Source of the DNA: Acidimicrobiales bacterium
GTDB lineage: Bacteria > Actinomycetota > Acidimicrobiia > Acidimicrobiales > Aldehydirespiratoraceae
Assembly: GCA_965116865.1 (NCBI GenBank)
Contig: OZ220727.1
Location: 2,372,798-2,436,797, forward strand
Reading direction: 5' to 3'
DNA: 64,000 nt
Of the stretch, positions 16,582 to 26,223 are shown in pieces (the first letter of the stretch is position 1; the number at the start of each line of letters is the position of its first letter). Under the pieces are notes generated by a model. It was not told the DNA's origin, did no database searches, and was given only the letters and a program-made list of their open reading frames with translations. A program made the translations under genes and the position numbers.

Positions 16582-18177
16582 TCACCCCGACCCGGCCATC
16601 CCCCATCCGTCGCGGCAGGGACAACGTCCGTCCCCCTGTCCGCGCTTGCTCTCGGCCAAGCGGCCGGTCACGGCCTCCACCGCGGGCACCAGGGCCTCGT
16701 CGATGAGCATCTGCTCGGCCGCCGCAAACTCGGGAGACAGCCAGCGGTCAGGCCCGGGCCCGGGCACCCGGGTCCGCAGCAGGGTCACGGCCGCCCCAGT
16801 TCCGGCTGCGGGCTGCAACGGAGCCCGCAGCTCGATGCCGCGGGCGGCCGCAACCCATTCGACGGCCAGGATGCGGCGCAGGTTGTCGATCACCCGGCGC
16901 AGCTTGCGGGCCGCGCCCCAGCCCATCGAGACGTGGTCCTCCTGCATGGCCGAGGTGGGAAGCGAGTCCACCGACGCCGGCGCGGCCAGGCGCCGGTTCT
17001 CAGCGCAGAGAGCCGCAGCCGTGTACTGGCCGATCATCAGGCCGCTGTCCACACCCGGATCGTCGGCCAGGAACGGGGGCAGCCCGTGTGAGCGGTTGTG
17101 GTCGAGCATCCGGTCGGTGCGACGCTCGGCGACCGCGCCGACCTCGGACGCGGCGATGGCCAGGTAGTCTGCCGCCAGCGCGACCGGCGCCCCGTGGAAG
17201 TTGCCGCACGACTCCACCCGGCCGCCGGGCAGCACCATCGGGTTGTCGATGGCGGAGGCCAGCTCCCGGTCGGCCACCGCGGCCACGAAATCGAGAGTGT
17301 CGCGGGCTGCACCGTGGACTTGGGGGGTGCATCTGACGGAGTAGGCGTCCTGCACCCGGTCGTCACCGGTGCGATGGCTGGCGACAATCGGGGAGTCCGC
17401 CAGCACGGCCCGGAGATTGGCCGCACTGGCCTGCTGCCCGGGATGGGGCCGCAACGCCACCAGGTCGGCGGCGAATGCCCGGTCGGTGGCCAGCAGAGCC
17501 TCCACGCTGCAGCCGGCCACGATGTCGGCCACGGCCAGCAGGTGGGCCAGATCGTGCACAGCCAGGCAGAGCATCCCGAGGATGCCGTCGGTGCCGTTGG
17601 TGAGGGCCAAGCCCTCCTTGTCAGCCAGCTCTACCGGCTCTAGCCCGGCCTGCTCGAGGGCTCCGGCAGCGTCCGCGACTCCTTGGTCGGACTGCACCTC
17701 GCCCTCGCCCGTCATCACCAGAGCGACGTGGGCCAGCGGCGCGAGGTCTCCGCTGGCACCGAGCGAGCCGTGCTCGGGCACGGCGGGGACCACACCCGCA
17801 TTGATCAGCCGCACCAGGGCCTCTGCCACTTCGGGCCGCGCTCCGGAAACACCGAAGGCGAGCGTCCGGGCCCGCAGCATCATCATGGCCCGCACCACCT
17901 CCGCCTCGACCGCCGGCCCCATCCCGGCGGCATGCGAGCGGATCAACGACTGCTGGAGCGCAGCCCGCCGGGCCGCGGGGATGACAGTGTTGGCCAGCGC
18001 GCCGAAGCCGGTGGAGACACCGTAGGCGGGATCCCCGTCCGCCAGTGCCTCGACGATGCGGCGGGCCGCGGCCATGCGAGCGACGGCGTCGGCGCTGAGC
18101 CGGAGCTCCTCGCAACGGCGAGCGACCGCGACGACATCGGACACGGTGACCCCGGCGCCGTCGAGCTGCACCGTCAT
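16582..18177 (-). CDS. hutH: Histidine ammonia-lyase
   Basis: Starts at MTVQLDG (ATG 18177). Contains GVSTGFGALA and the MIO-forming GSLGASGDLAPLAH motif. The N-terminal extension of the 854-aa ORF is rejected. Confidence 0.9.
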   Translation of the reverse strand: MTVQLDGAGVTVSDVVAVARRCEELRLSADAVARMAAARRIVEALADGDPAYGVSTGFGALANTVIPAARRAALQQSLIRSHAAGMGPAVEAEVVRAMMMLRARTLAFGVSGARPEVAEALVRLINAGVVPAVPEHGSLGASGDLAPLAHVALVMTGEGEVQSDQGVADAAGALEQAGLEPVELADKEGLALTNGTDGILGMLCLAVHDLAHLLAVADIVAGCSVEALLATDRAFAADLVALRPHPGQQASAANLRAVLADSPIVASHRTGDDRVQDAYSVRCTPQVHGAARDTLDFVAAVADRELASAIDNPMVLPGGRVESCGNFHGAPVALAADYLAIAASEVGAVAERRTDRMLDHNRSHGLPPFLADDPGVDSGLMIGQYTAAALCAENRRLAAPASVDSLPTSAMQEDHVSMGWGAARKLRRVIDNLRRILAVEWVAAARGIELRAPLQPAAGTGAAVTLLRTRVPGPGPDRWLSPEFAAAEQMLIDEALVPAVEAVTGRLAESKRGQGDGRCPCRDGWGMAGSG

Positions 18178-18668
18178 ACGCGCACAGCCCCCGACAGTCG
18201 ATCGCCGACCGGCTCGCACCGCTCGAACCCGCCGAGCACAGTCACGCGAGCACAGCCACCAGCGCAACGACCGCGCGCGACACAACCACCACAGAACCGA
18301 GCTGCCACCGAACACCCCGCCCAAAGCCCACCAGCGCAACAACCGCGCGCGACACAACCACCACAGAACCGAGCTGCCACCGAACACCCCGCCCAAGACC
18401 CAGCGGCGCAACAACCGCGCGCGACACAACCACCACAGAACCGAGCTGCCACCGAACACCCCGCCCAAAGCCCACCAGCGCAACAACCGCGCGCGACACA
18501 ACCACCACAGAACCGAGCTGCCACCGAACACCCCGCCCAAGACCCAGCGGCGCAACAACCGCGCGCGACACAACCACCACAGAACCGAGCTGCCACCGAA
18601 CACCCCGCCCAAGACCCAGCGGCGCAACAACCGCGCGCGACACAACCACCACAGAACCGAGCTGTCAC
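18174..18668 (-). other. 164-codon bridge ORF spanning the array, bounded by GTGA (iclR stop) and ATGA (hutH start)
   Basis: The GTG at 18668-18666 overlaps the iclR TGA at 18667-18665. Its TGA at 18176-18174 overlaps the hutH ATG at 18177-18175. It reads ARFCGGCVARGCCAAGSWAGCSVA repeated. Confidence 0.3.
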
Positions 18669-18712
18669 CGAACACCCCGCCCAAGACCCAGCGGCGCAAC
18701 GACCGCGCGCGA
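18256..18712. repeat. 72-bp x ~6.3 tandem array between iclR and hutH (two alternating unit variants)
   Basis: Unit: CACCAGCGCAACAACCGCGCGCGACACAACCACCACAGAACCGAGCTGCCACCGAACACCCCGCCCAAAGCC. Variants carry AAAGCCCACCAGCGC or AAGACCCAGCGGCGC. Confidence 0.95.
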
Positions 18713-19417
18713 CGCGGCCGTTGCGGCCTCGACCACTGCTGTGGCCGCTCTGTCGAGGCGCCTGCCGACCAGGCGGTCGGCCGGACCCAGCACCGACATG
18801 GCCGCGACGGGACCAGCCGATCCGTACACCGGCGCGCAGACCGCGGTGACGTCGGGCTCGATGCTGCCGGTGTTGAGGACATACGGGGGCCGGTCGCCGG
18901 CCGCCTGTCCGGCGGAGTGCAGCGCCTCGCCCACAGCGGTGCCGTGGATCGGCACGGAGCGGCCGACCCAGCCGACATGGCGAATGGCCCGGCGGCCCTC
19001 GACCGTGGCGATGTAGACCGCCTCGTCGCCGTCGCGCACAGCCAGGTAGGCGGACTCCTCTGTGAGCTCGACAATCCGTTCGAGCTCGGGCTGGGCCGCC
19101 GCCAGGAGCCTGGCGTAGGGGCCCGATTGCAACGAGGCCAAGGCAATGCGCACGAAGGAGGCGCCTACGGAGTACGTCCCGCCGTCGTTCTTCACCAGGT
19201 AGCCGCCGTCGGTCAGCACCCGCAGGTGGCGCAGGGCTGTGCTCGTCGGCATGCCGGTTCGGACCGCTGCCGCGGTCAGGCTGAGCGCGCCCTCGGTGAC
19301 GACGGTGTCCAAGAGCGCCAGCACACGCTCAGCAGAGCGCGACTTGTGCAGCGATGACTCGGGCGTAGCACGGCTGACAGCCGTAGACATTTCAGATTCT
19401 GAAATGATATGCCGCAT
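18665..19417 (-). CDS. IclR-family transcriptional regulator (divergent from hutU)
   Basis: wHTH LSLTAAAVRTGMPTSTALRHLRVLTDGGYLV followed by an IclR effector domain. The C-terminal ~15 aa are encoded by the first repeat unit. Confidence 0.85.
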   Translation of the reverse strand: MRHIISESEMSTAVSRATPESSLHKSRSAERVLALLDTVVTEGALSLTAAAVRTGMPTSTALRHLRVLTDGGYLVKNDGGTYSVGASFVRIALASLQSGPYARLLAAAQPELERIVELTEESAYLAVRDGDEAVYIATVEGRRAIRHVGWVGRSVPIHGTAVGEALHSAGQAAGDRPPYVLNTGSIEPDVTAVCAPVYGSAGPVAAMSVLGPADRLVGRRLDRAATAVVEAATAASRAVVAPLGLGRGVR

Positions 19418-19486
19418 ATTGGCAGAATATGTCGTCGGCGGCTACAGTGCAACCCGCTACCGAGCCGCTGGCACTGAAGGTCCGCG

Positions 19487-21214
19487 ATGCCCGCCAGATC
19501 ACAGCCCAGAGGGAACGCTCCCGCCCGCGGCGCGAGATCTCCGACCCGGGGCGCTCCAACCAGGGGCGTGAGGTCTCCCACCGGCACCGCGCTGACGTGC
19601 CGCGGCTGGCCTCAGGAAGCTGCCTTCCGGATGCTTCAGAACAACCTCGACCCCGACGTGGCCGAACGTCCCGACGATCTCGTGGTGTACGGCGGGACGG
19701 GACGGGCCGCCAGATCCTGGGACGCCTACCATGCCATGATCCGGGCCCTGACCGACCTCGCCGGCGACGAGACCCTGCTGGTGCAGTCGGGCAAGCCCGT
19801 CGGCGTGCTGCAAACCCACGAGTGGGCGCCCAGGGTCCTCATCGCCAACTCCAATCTCGTGGGCGAGTGGGCCACATGGGACGAGTTCCGGCGACTCGAA
19901 CAGCTCGGGTTGACCATGTTCGGGCAGATGACCGCGGGCTCGTGGATCTACATCGGCACGCAGGGAATCTTGCAGGGCACCTACGAGTGCTTCGCGGCCA
20001 TCGCCCGCAAGCGCTTCGGCGGATCGCTGGCGGGAACCCTCACCGTGACCGCCGGCCTGGGCGGCATGGGCGGCGCCCAGCCCCTGGCCATCACCATGAA
20101 CGACGGAGTCGCCTTGTGCATCGAGGTCGACGGCGAGCGGGCCGCCCGGCGGGTGGAGACCCGCTATCTCGACGTGGTCGCCGACGGCTACGCCGATGCA
20201 CTGCGCCGCTGCGAGGAGGCACGCTCCGCCCGTCGGCCGCTGTCGGTGGGGCTGGTCGGCAATGCGGCCGACGTAGTGCCGCGCCTGCTGGCCGACGGCG
20301 TGTCCGCCGACATCGTCACCGACCAGACCTCCGCCCACGACCCGTTGACCTACGTTCCCAACGACCTGCCGCCCGAAGCCGCCGACGAGCTGCGCCGGAA
20401 CCAGCCCGAGGAGCTCATCCGCCGGTCCCGTGTCGCCATGGCCGCCCATGTGGAGGCCATGGTCGGCTTCCTCGACGCGGGCGCCGAGGTGTTCGACTAC
20501 GGCAACAGCCTGCGAGCCGAGGCCCTCCTGGGGGGCTGCGAGCGGGCCTTCGACTATCCGGGCTTCCTGCCCGCCTACATCCGGCCGCTGTTCTGCGAGG
20601 GCAAGGGGCCGTTCCGATGGGTGGCGCTGTCGGGCGATCCGGCCGACATCGCGGCCACCGACCGGGCCGTGCTCGAGGAGTTCCCCCACGACGACGGCCT
20701 CAGGCGCTGGATCACCCTGGCCGCCGAGCGGGTCGAGTTTCAGGGCCTGCCCGCCCGGATCTGTTGGCTCGGATACGGGGAACGTCACCGACTGGGACTG
20801 AAATTCAACGAGATGGTCCGCTCCGGCGAATTGACCGCACCCGTAGTCATCGGGCGCGACCACCTCGACTCGGGCTCGGTGGCCTCGCCCTACCGTGAGA
20901 CCGAGGACATGCTCGACGGCAGCGACGCCATCGCCGACTGGCCCCTGCTCAACGCGCTGGTGAACACGTCGTCGGGAGCGTCGTGGGTGAGCATCCACCA
21001 CGGCGGCGGAGTGGGCATCGGCCGGTCGATCCACGCCGGGCAGGTGATCGTGGCCGACGGGACCGGCCTGGCGGCGCAGAAGCTGGAGCGGGTGCTGCTC
21101 AACGACCCGGCCACCGGCGTGATGCGCCACGCCGACGCCGGCTACGACCGGGCCTGGGAAGTGGCAGCCGAGCAAGGCGTGAACATACCGACAGACACAG
21201 CAGCCCCGCCATGA
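19487..21214 (+). CDS. hutU: Urocanate hydratase
   Basis: [43 protein letters not shown] and [22 protein letters not shown]. Confidence 0.9.
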   Translation: MPARSQPRGNAPARGARSPTRGAPTRGVRSPTGTALTCRGWPQEAAFRMLQNNLDPDVAERPDDLVVYGGTGRAARSWDAYHAMIRALTDLAGDETLLVQSGKPVGVLQTHEWAPRVLIANSNLVGEWATWDEFRRLEQLGLTMFGQMTAGSWIYIGTQGILQGTYECFAAIARKRFGGSLAGTLTVTAGLGGMGGAQPLAITMNDGVALCIEVDGERAARRVETRYLDVVADGYADALRRCEEARSARRPLSVGLVGNAADVVPRLLADGVSADIVTDQTSAHDPLTYVPNDLPPEAADELRRNQPEELIRRSRVAMAAHVEAMVGFLDAGAEVFDYGNSLRAEALLGGCERAFDYPGFLPAYIRPLFCEGKGPFRWVALSGDPADIAATDRAVLEEFPHDDGLRRWITLAAERVEFQGLPARICWLGYGERHRLGLKFNEMVRSGELTAPVVIGRDHLDSGSVASPYRETEDMLDGSDAIADWPLLNALVNTSSGASWVSIHHGGGVGIGRSIHAGQVIVADGTGLAAQKLERVLLNDPATGVMRHADAGYDRAWEVAAEQGVNIPTDTAAPP

Positions 21215-21384
21215 CCGCCGAACACAGCAAGGCGAGCTCCTGGAACAGAGACACACACTGCGACGAGCACACGAACAACCCCGCCATGACCGCCGAACAC
21301 AGCGTTACCGGGCCCGTGGCCTCCTCGCCCAGGTGGCAGGATCCCCGGCCGAGCCGGATGTCCGCCCGGCCGTCGGCGCCATGA
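21211..21384 (+). other. 57-codon bridge ORF between hutU and def, containing a 75-bp duplication
   Basis: The ATG at 21211 overlaps the hutU TGA (21212-21214). The TGA at 21382-21384 overlaps the def ATG at 21381. CCCCGCCATGACCGCCGAACACAGC occurs at 21204 and 21279. Confidence 0.3.
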
Positions 21385-21950
21385 CGGTCCGCGACATACT
21401 CGCCATCGGCCATCCGGCGCTGCGGGTCCCGGCCGCGGCCGTGCCTCCGAGCGAGATCCGCAGCCGGCGGGTGCAGGACGTCGTCGACGACCTCATCGAC
21501 ACGATGCGCCACGCCGACGGAGCAGGGCTGGCCGCCAACCAGATCGGCGAGACAGCCCGGATCGTCGTCATCGAAGTGAACGACAACCCCCGCTACCCCT
21601 ACAAACCGCCGATCCCACTCACCGTCGCCATAAACCCCGAACTGGAGGCGCTCGACGACACGACCGTGATCATCAACGAAGGCTGCCTGTCGGTGCCGCT
21701 GCGAGGCGACGTGGCCCGCTCGGTGAACCTCCGGGTCCGCTACTTCGACCGTGACGGCGCCGAGCACCGCCTCGAGGCCCACGGCCTGGCCGCGGGCACC
21801 TGGCAGCACGAGTGCGACCACCTCGACGGCGTGCTGATCACCGACCGGGCCGACCCGGCGACCCTCGCCACTTGGGACGAGTTCGAGCGGCACCACCGAA
21901 ACGCATTCATCGAGCGCATCTCGAGGTTCGTGCAACTCGTCGGATCATGA
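21381..21950 (+). CDS. def: Peptide deformylase-family metallohydrolase embedded in the hut operon
   Basis: All three PDF motifs are present: GAGLAANQIG, EGCLSVP and QHECDHLDG. The protein is 189 aa, taking the MTVRD start. Confidence 0.85.
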   Translation: MTVRDILAIGHPALRVPAAAVPPSEIRSRRVQDVVDDLIDTMRHADGAGLAANQIGETARIVVIEVNDNPRYPYKPPIPLTVAINPELEALDDTTVIINEGCLSVPLRGDVARSVNLRVRYFDRDGAEHRLEAHGLAAGTWQHECDHLDGVLITDRADPATLATWDEFERHHRNAFIERISRFVQLVGS

Positions 21951-22450
21951 CGGCCCGGCACGTCGACATGTCCCACGGCCGACAATCTGTCAAGAAACCA
22001 CCGCACAGGCAGAAAAACCTGCAGAAGTTCAACAAATGCCCGTCCGGACGGCCTCCAACGACCGGGGCGGCACCAACGTTGACGTTCGGCGCCAGCGAAT
22101 TCAACAAATGCCCGTCCGGACGGCCTCCAACGACCGGGGCGGCACCAACGTTGACGTTCGGCGCCAGCGAATTCAACAAATGCCCGTCCGGACGGCCTCC
22201 AACGACCGGGGCGGCACCAACGTTGACGTTCGGCGCCAGCGAATTCAACAAATGCCCGTCCGGACGGCCTCCAACGACCGGGGCGGCACCAACGTTGACG
22301 TTCGGCGCCAGCGAATTCAACAAATGCCCGTCCGGACGGCCTCCAACGACCGGGGCGGCACCAACGTTGACGTTCGGCGCCAGCGAATTCAACAAATGCC
22401 TGTCCGGACGGCCTCCAACGACCCAGGACACCGGGGAGCCGCGAGCATGA
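21947..22450 (+). other. 167-codon bridge ORF through the array, with ATGA overlaps at both ends
   Basis: The ATG at 21947 overlaps the def TGA (21948-21950). The TGA at 22448-22450 overlaps the hutF ATG at 22447. Both junctions share ATGACGGCCCG (MTAR). Confidence 0.3.
22028..22422. repeat. 72-bp x ~5.5 tandem array between def and hutF
   Basis: Unit: TTCAACAAATGCCCGTCCGGACGGCCTCCAACGACCGGGGCGGCACCAACGTTGACGTTCGGCGCCAGCGAA. Each unit has a perfect 12-bp palindrome (CCGTCCGGACGG) plus AACGTT and GAATTC. Confidence 0.95.
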
Positions 22451-23847
22451 CGGCCCGCTACTGGTGCGAGCGGGCGTGGCTGGGAGGTCCCCGAGCCGAC
22501 ACCGGCGTGGTGATCGAAGTGGAAGGCGACCGCATCGGCCGAGTGGCTGCCGGGGTGCGCACCCGGCCCGAGGACGCCGAGCCTTTGGCAGGCCTCACTC
22601 TGCCGGCGCTGGCCAACGTCCACAGCCACGCCTTCCACCGGGCCCTGCGAGGCCGGACCCACCACGGGCGGGGCAACTTCTGGACTTGGCGCGAACTCAT
22701 GTACCGGGCGGCGTCCCGGCTCGACCCCGACCGCTGCCACCGGCTGGCTCGGGCGGTGTTCGCGGAGATGGCGCTGGCCGGCATCGGAGTGGTCGGCGAG
22801 TTCCACTACGTCCACCACCGGCCCGCGGGCGACGCCTACGAAGATCCCAACGCTATGAGCGCCGCGCTGGTCGCCGCCGCCCGCGACGCCGGAATCCGTC
22901 TGACCCTGCTCAACGCTCTGTACCTGCACGCCGGCCTGGACGCCGTCTCATCCGGCGGTCACAGCCGGCGACGCTCCGACTCAACCCGCGGCTACAGCCC
23001 GCTGCGGCCCGAGCAGGCCCGCTTCAGCGACGGCAGCGCCGCACGATGGGCCGAGCGGGCCTCCGACCTGGAAGCTGCCGTGTCCGGCCCGGCGGTGAGG
23101 GTGGGTGCAGCGGTGCATTCGGTGCGGGCCGTCGATCCGGCCTCCATGAAGGTGGCAGCCGCCTGGGCCCGGGACCGGGACGCGCCGCTGCACTTCCACG
23201 CCTCCGAGCAGCCGGCCGAGAACGAGCAGTGCCTCGCCGTGCACGGCCGAACCCCGGTAGAGGTCATCGCGGAGACCGGAGGGCTGGGACCCTCCACGAC
23301 GCTGGTGCATGCCACCCACGTCACCGAGCAGGACCGGGCGCTGATCGGCGAGACCGGCACCGGCTGCTGCCTGTGCCCGACCACCGAGCACGACCTCGCC
23401 GACGGCGTGGGCCCGGCCGAGGCGCTGGCCCGGACCGGTGCCCGGCTTTGCGTGGGATCGGACTCGCACGCCGTCGTCGACCTCTTCGCAGAAGTCAGGA
23501 CGGTAGAGCTCGACCAGCGCGCCGCCACCGGCGACCGGGGCGTGTTCGGTGTGGAGGAGTTGGCCTCCATGGCCACCGCCGCCGGTTACCGGTCCTTGGG
23601 CTGGCCCGACGGCGGCGTCCTGGAGGTGGGCGCGCTGGCCGACTTCGCCACCGTCGGCCTCGACTCGGTACGCCTGGCCGGCATCGACGACGACAGCGCG
23701 CTGGCCGCGGTGATCTTCGCGGCGACCGCCGACGATGTGCGTCACCTGGTGGTGGGAGGGAGGACCGTCGTGAAGGAGGGACGGCACACTTCCGTCGATG
23801 CCGCCGCAGAGCTCGCCACAGCCATCGCGGAAATGACTGCACCATGA
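22447..23847 (+). CDS. hutF: Formimidoylglutamate deiminase
   Basis: LPALANVHSHAFHRALRGRTHHGRGNFWTWRELMYR and GVVGEFHYVHH; amidohydrolase fold. Starts at MTARYW. Confidence 0.85.
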   Translation: MTARYWCERAWLGGPRADTGVVIEVEGDRIGRVAAGVRTRPEDAEPLAGLTLPALANVHSHAFHRALRGRTHHGRGNFWTWRELMYRAASRLDPDRCHRLARAVFAEMALAGIGVVGEFHYVHHRPAGDAYEDPNAMSAALVAAARDAGIRLTLLNALYLHAGLDAVSSGGHSRRRSDSTRGYSPLRPEQARFSDGSAARWAERASDLEAAVSGPAVRVGAAVHSVRAVDPASMKVAAAWARDRDAPLHFHASEQPAENEQCLAVHGRTPVEVIAETGGLGPSTTLVHATHVTEQDRALIGETGTGCCLCPTTEHDLADGVGPAEALARTGARLCVGSDSHAVVDLFAEVRTVELDQRAATGDRGVFGVEELASMATAAGYRSLGWPDGGVLEVGALADFATVGLDSVRLAGIDDDSALAAVIFAATADDVRHLVVGGRTVVKEGRHTSVDAAAELATAIAEMTAP

Positions 23848-24287
23848 CACCCACGACCGCGCCAGCCGAGGGCCCGCCACAGCCATCACGGAAATGACTG
23901 CACCATGACACCCACGACCGCGCCAGCCGAGGGCCCGCCACAGCCATCACGGAAATGACTGCACCATGACACCCACGACCGCGCCAGCCGAGGGCCCGCC
24001 ACAGCCATCACGGAAATGACTGCACCATGACACCCACGACCGCGCCAGCCGAGGGCCCGCCACAGCCATCACGGAAATGACTGCACCATGACACCCACGA
24101 CCGCGCCAGCCGAGGGCCCGCCACAGCCATCGCGGAAATGACTGCACCATGACACCCACGACCGCGCCAGCCGAGGGCCCGCCACAGCCATCGCGGAAAT
24201 GACTGCACCATGACACCCACGACCGCGCCAGCCGAGGGCCCGCACCGACCATCGCGGAAATGACTGCACCATGACACCCACGACCGC
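23815..24287. repeat. 61-bp x ~7.75 tandem array between hutF and hutI; it copies the hutF 3' end and stop
   Basis: Unit: GCCACAGCCATCrCGGAAATGACTGCACCATGACACCCACGACCGCGCCAGCCGAGGGCCCGCC. Each unit carries two ATGA tetranucleotides. Confidence 0.95.
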
Positions 24288-24534
24288 CTCCCCGGACCGC
24301 CCGCAGGCAGGCATTCGCGTCCCGCGCCGGGATGGGATCGCTCCCGCTGCCGCCCGCTGCAACGACGGACTGCTAGTCAGGATCCGCGTAGCCGGACTCG
24401 TCAACGGGGTCGCTGCCGCTGCCGCCCGCTGCAACCACGGACTGCTCAGACCGCGGCTGTGGCCGCATGGACCGGACTCGCCCAGTTCCTCGGCCGGCCA
24501 CCTACGGGCAGCCTCGGAGGTCGCTGCATCGTGA
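24271..24534 (+). other. 87-codon bridge ORF from the last repeat unit to hutI
   Basis: It starts at the ATGA of the last unit. The TGA at 24532-24534 overlaps GTG 24531, the predicted hutI start (GTGA). Confidence 0.3.
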
Positions 24535-25715
24535 CGCTGGTGGTCGACAACATCTCCGAGCTGGTCACCAACGACCCCACGCTCGGGAAAGGGCCGCTCG
24601 GGATCGTCGATGACGCTTCGGTGGTGGTGGACGGCGGCGCCGTGGTGGCAGTGGGCCCGGCAGGCGCCGCCGCCGACGAGCGCCTCGACGCGGACGGACG
24701 CTGCGTGCTGCCCGGGTTCGTGGACTCCCACACCCATCTGGTCTTCGCGGGCGACCGGGCCGAGGAGTTCAGCCGCCGGATGGCGGGAGAGCCCTACGAC
24801 GGGGGCGGCATCCGCGTCACCACCGAAGCCACACGCACGGCCGGGCGGGCCGCGCTGGGAGCCTCGCTCGACGGGCGGCTGGCCGAGATGCACCGGGCCG
24901 GCACCACCACGGTGGAGATCAAGACAGGCTACGGGCTGTCGGTGGACTCCGAAGCCGAACTTGCGTCGCTGGCCGCCGAGGTCACTCCGGAGGCCACCTT
25001 CCTCGGCGCTCACCTCGTGCCCGGCGAGTACCAGGGGCGCACCGACGACTACGTCGAACTGGTGTGCGGGCCGATGCTCGACGCGGTCCGCGGCCATGTC
25101 CGCTGGATGGACGTGTTCTGCGAGACCGGCGCCTTCGACGCCGACCAGTCCCGAGCGGTGCTCGCCGCCGGCCACCAGGCTGGGCTGGGCCTGCGGCTCC
25201 ACGGCAACCAGCTCGGCCACGGACCGGGAGTGCAACTCGCCGTCGAGATGGGCTGCGCGTCGGTGGACCACTGCACCTATCTCTCAGACGCCGACATCGA
25301 GGCCTTGGCGGCCAGCGGCACGGTGGCCACGTTCCTGCCGGCCACCGACTTCTCGACCCGCCAGCCCTATCCCGACGCCCGACGGGCGATAGACGCCGGC
25401 GTGAGGGTGGCCATCGCCTCGAACTGCAACCCCGGGTCGAGCTACACGAGCTCGCTGTCGTTCTGCGTGGCGCTGGCCGTGCGCGACATGGGCATGACCA
25501 TCGACGAGGCGGTGGCTGCGGTCACCATCGGAGGCGCGGCCGCGCTTCGCCGCACCGACGTGGGCCGGGTCACGCCCGGCGGCGCGGCCCACATGACCGT
25601 CCTCGACGCCCCCAGCCGCCACCACCTCGCCTACCGGCCGGGCGTCCCGTTGATCTGGCGGACCCTGGGATCCGACTACCGGCTCCCGCCCGCAGACGAC
25701 CAGGCTCAGGCATGA
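24531..25715 (+). CDS. hutI: Imidazolonepropionase
   Basis: [34 protein letters not shown]-like LHGNQLGH, and ASNCNPGSS. The GTG at 24531 is preferred over the ORF-track ATG at 24459. Confidence 0.85.
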   Translation: MTLVVDNISELVTNDPTLGKGPLGIVDDASVVVDGGAVVAVGPAGAAADERLDADGRCVLPGFVDSHTHLVFAGDRAEEFSRRMAGEPYDGGGIRVTTEATRTAGRAALGASLDGRLAEMHRAGTTTVEIKTGYGLSVDSEAELASLAAEVTPEATFLGAHLVPGEYQGRTDDYVELVCGPMLDAVRGHVRWMDVFCETGAFDADQSRAVLAAGHQAGLGLRLHGNQLGHGPGVQLAVEMGCASVDHCTYLSDADIEALAASGTVATFLPATDFSTRQPYPDARRAIDAGVRVAIASNCNPGSSYTSSLSFCVALAVRDMGMTIDEAVAAVTIGGAAALRRTDVGRVTPGGAAHMTVLDAPSRHHLAYRPGVPLIWRTLGSDYRLPPADDQAQA

Positions 25716-25861
25716 ACCCACAGGAGTACGAACCGCCATCGCCATTCCCGACCCCCCGCGAACGCGCGATCCAGGGGCTTGTCCATGAGCCGCAGATTGC
25801 CAGAGAGCTTGTGCACGGGGCGGCTGCTGTCTCGATTGTGTGCTACAACAAAGTAACACTC

Positions 25862-25946
25862 TCGAGAGGATGCAAGAATCGAGAGGATGCAAGAATCGAG
25901 AGGATGCCAGACTCGAGAGGATGCCAGACTCGAGAGGATGCAAGAG
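25862..25946. repeat. 17-bp x 5 tandem repeat
   Basis: TCGAGAGGATGCAAGAA and TCGAGAGGATGCCAGAC units. Confidence 0.9.
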
Positions 25947-26013
25947 ATGTATGGCGACATCCTCAGGTGGACACAGCAACTGCCAGTCGGCGAGCTGGTC
26001 GACCTCGAGGCCG

Positions 26014-26125
26014 TTCCCGTCCGTGGGCTGAACCGTCTGCCGCAGTCACGGCACCGGAACCGCCGGCTTGGATGCTTCGCACCGTCCTGCACCCTGTCGC
26101 TGTCGCAGTGCGGACACTGTGCCCT
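26014..26125 (-). pseudogene. Zinc-ribbon fragment of an IS1595/IS1-type transposase
   Basis: CPHCDSDRVQDGAKHPSRRFRCRDCGRRFSPRTGT lies within ORF 25706-26245. No catalytic domain follows. Confidence 0.35.
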
Positions 26126-26223
26126 TGGAACTAACCATCTAGAGGCCGGGCTTGCGAGGCCGTGGCCCGAGCAGCCCGTGAGCGCAGCGAACAAGAACGG
26201 GAACCAGAGGCGCCCGGCCTGGC

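Noticed and set aside
16582-19146. An 854-aa ORF suggesting a long N-terminal extension of HutH.
   Set aside because: The extension is translated repeat array and overlaps the iclR gene on the same strand. HutH homology begins at MTVQLDG (18177).
19499-21256. A 585-aa minus-strand ORF.
   Set aside because: It is antisense to hutU, which has clear family motifs.
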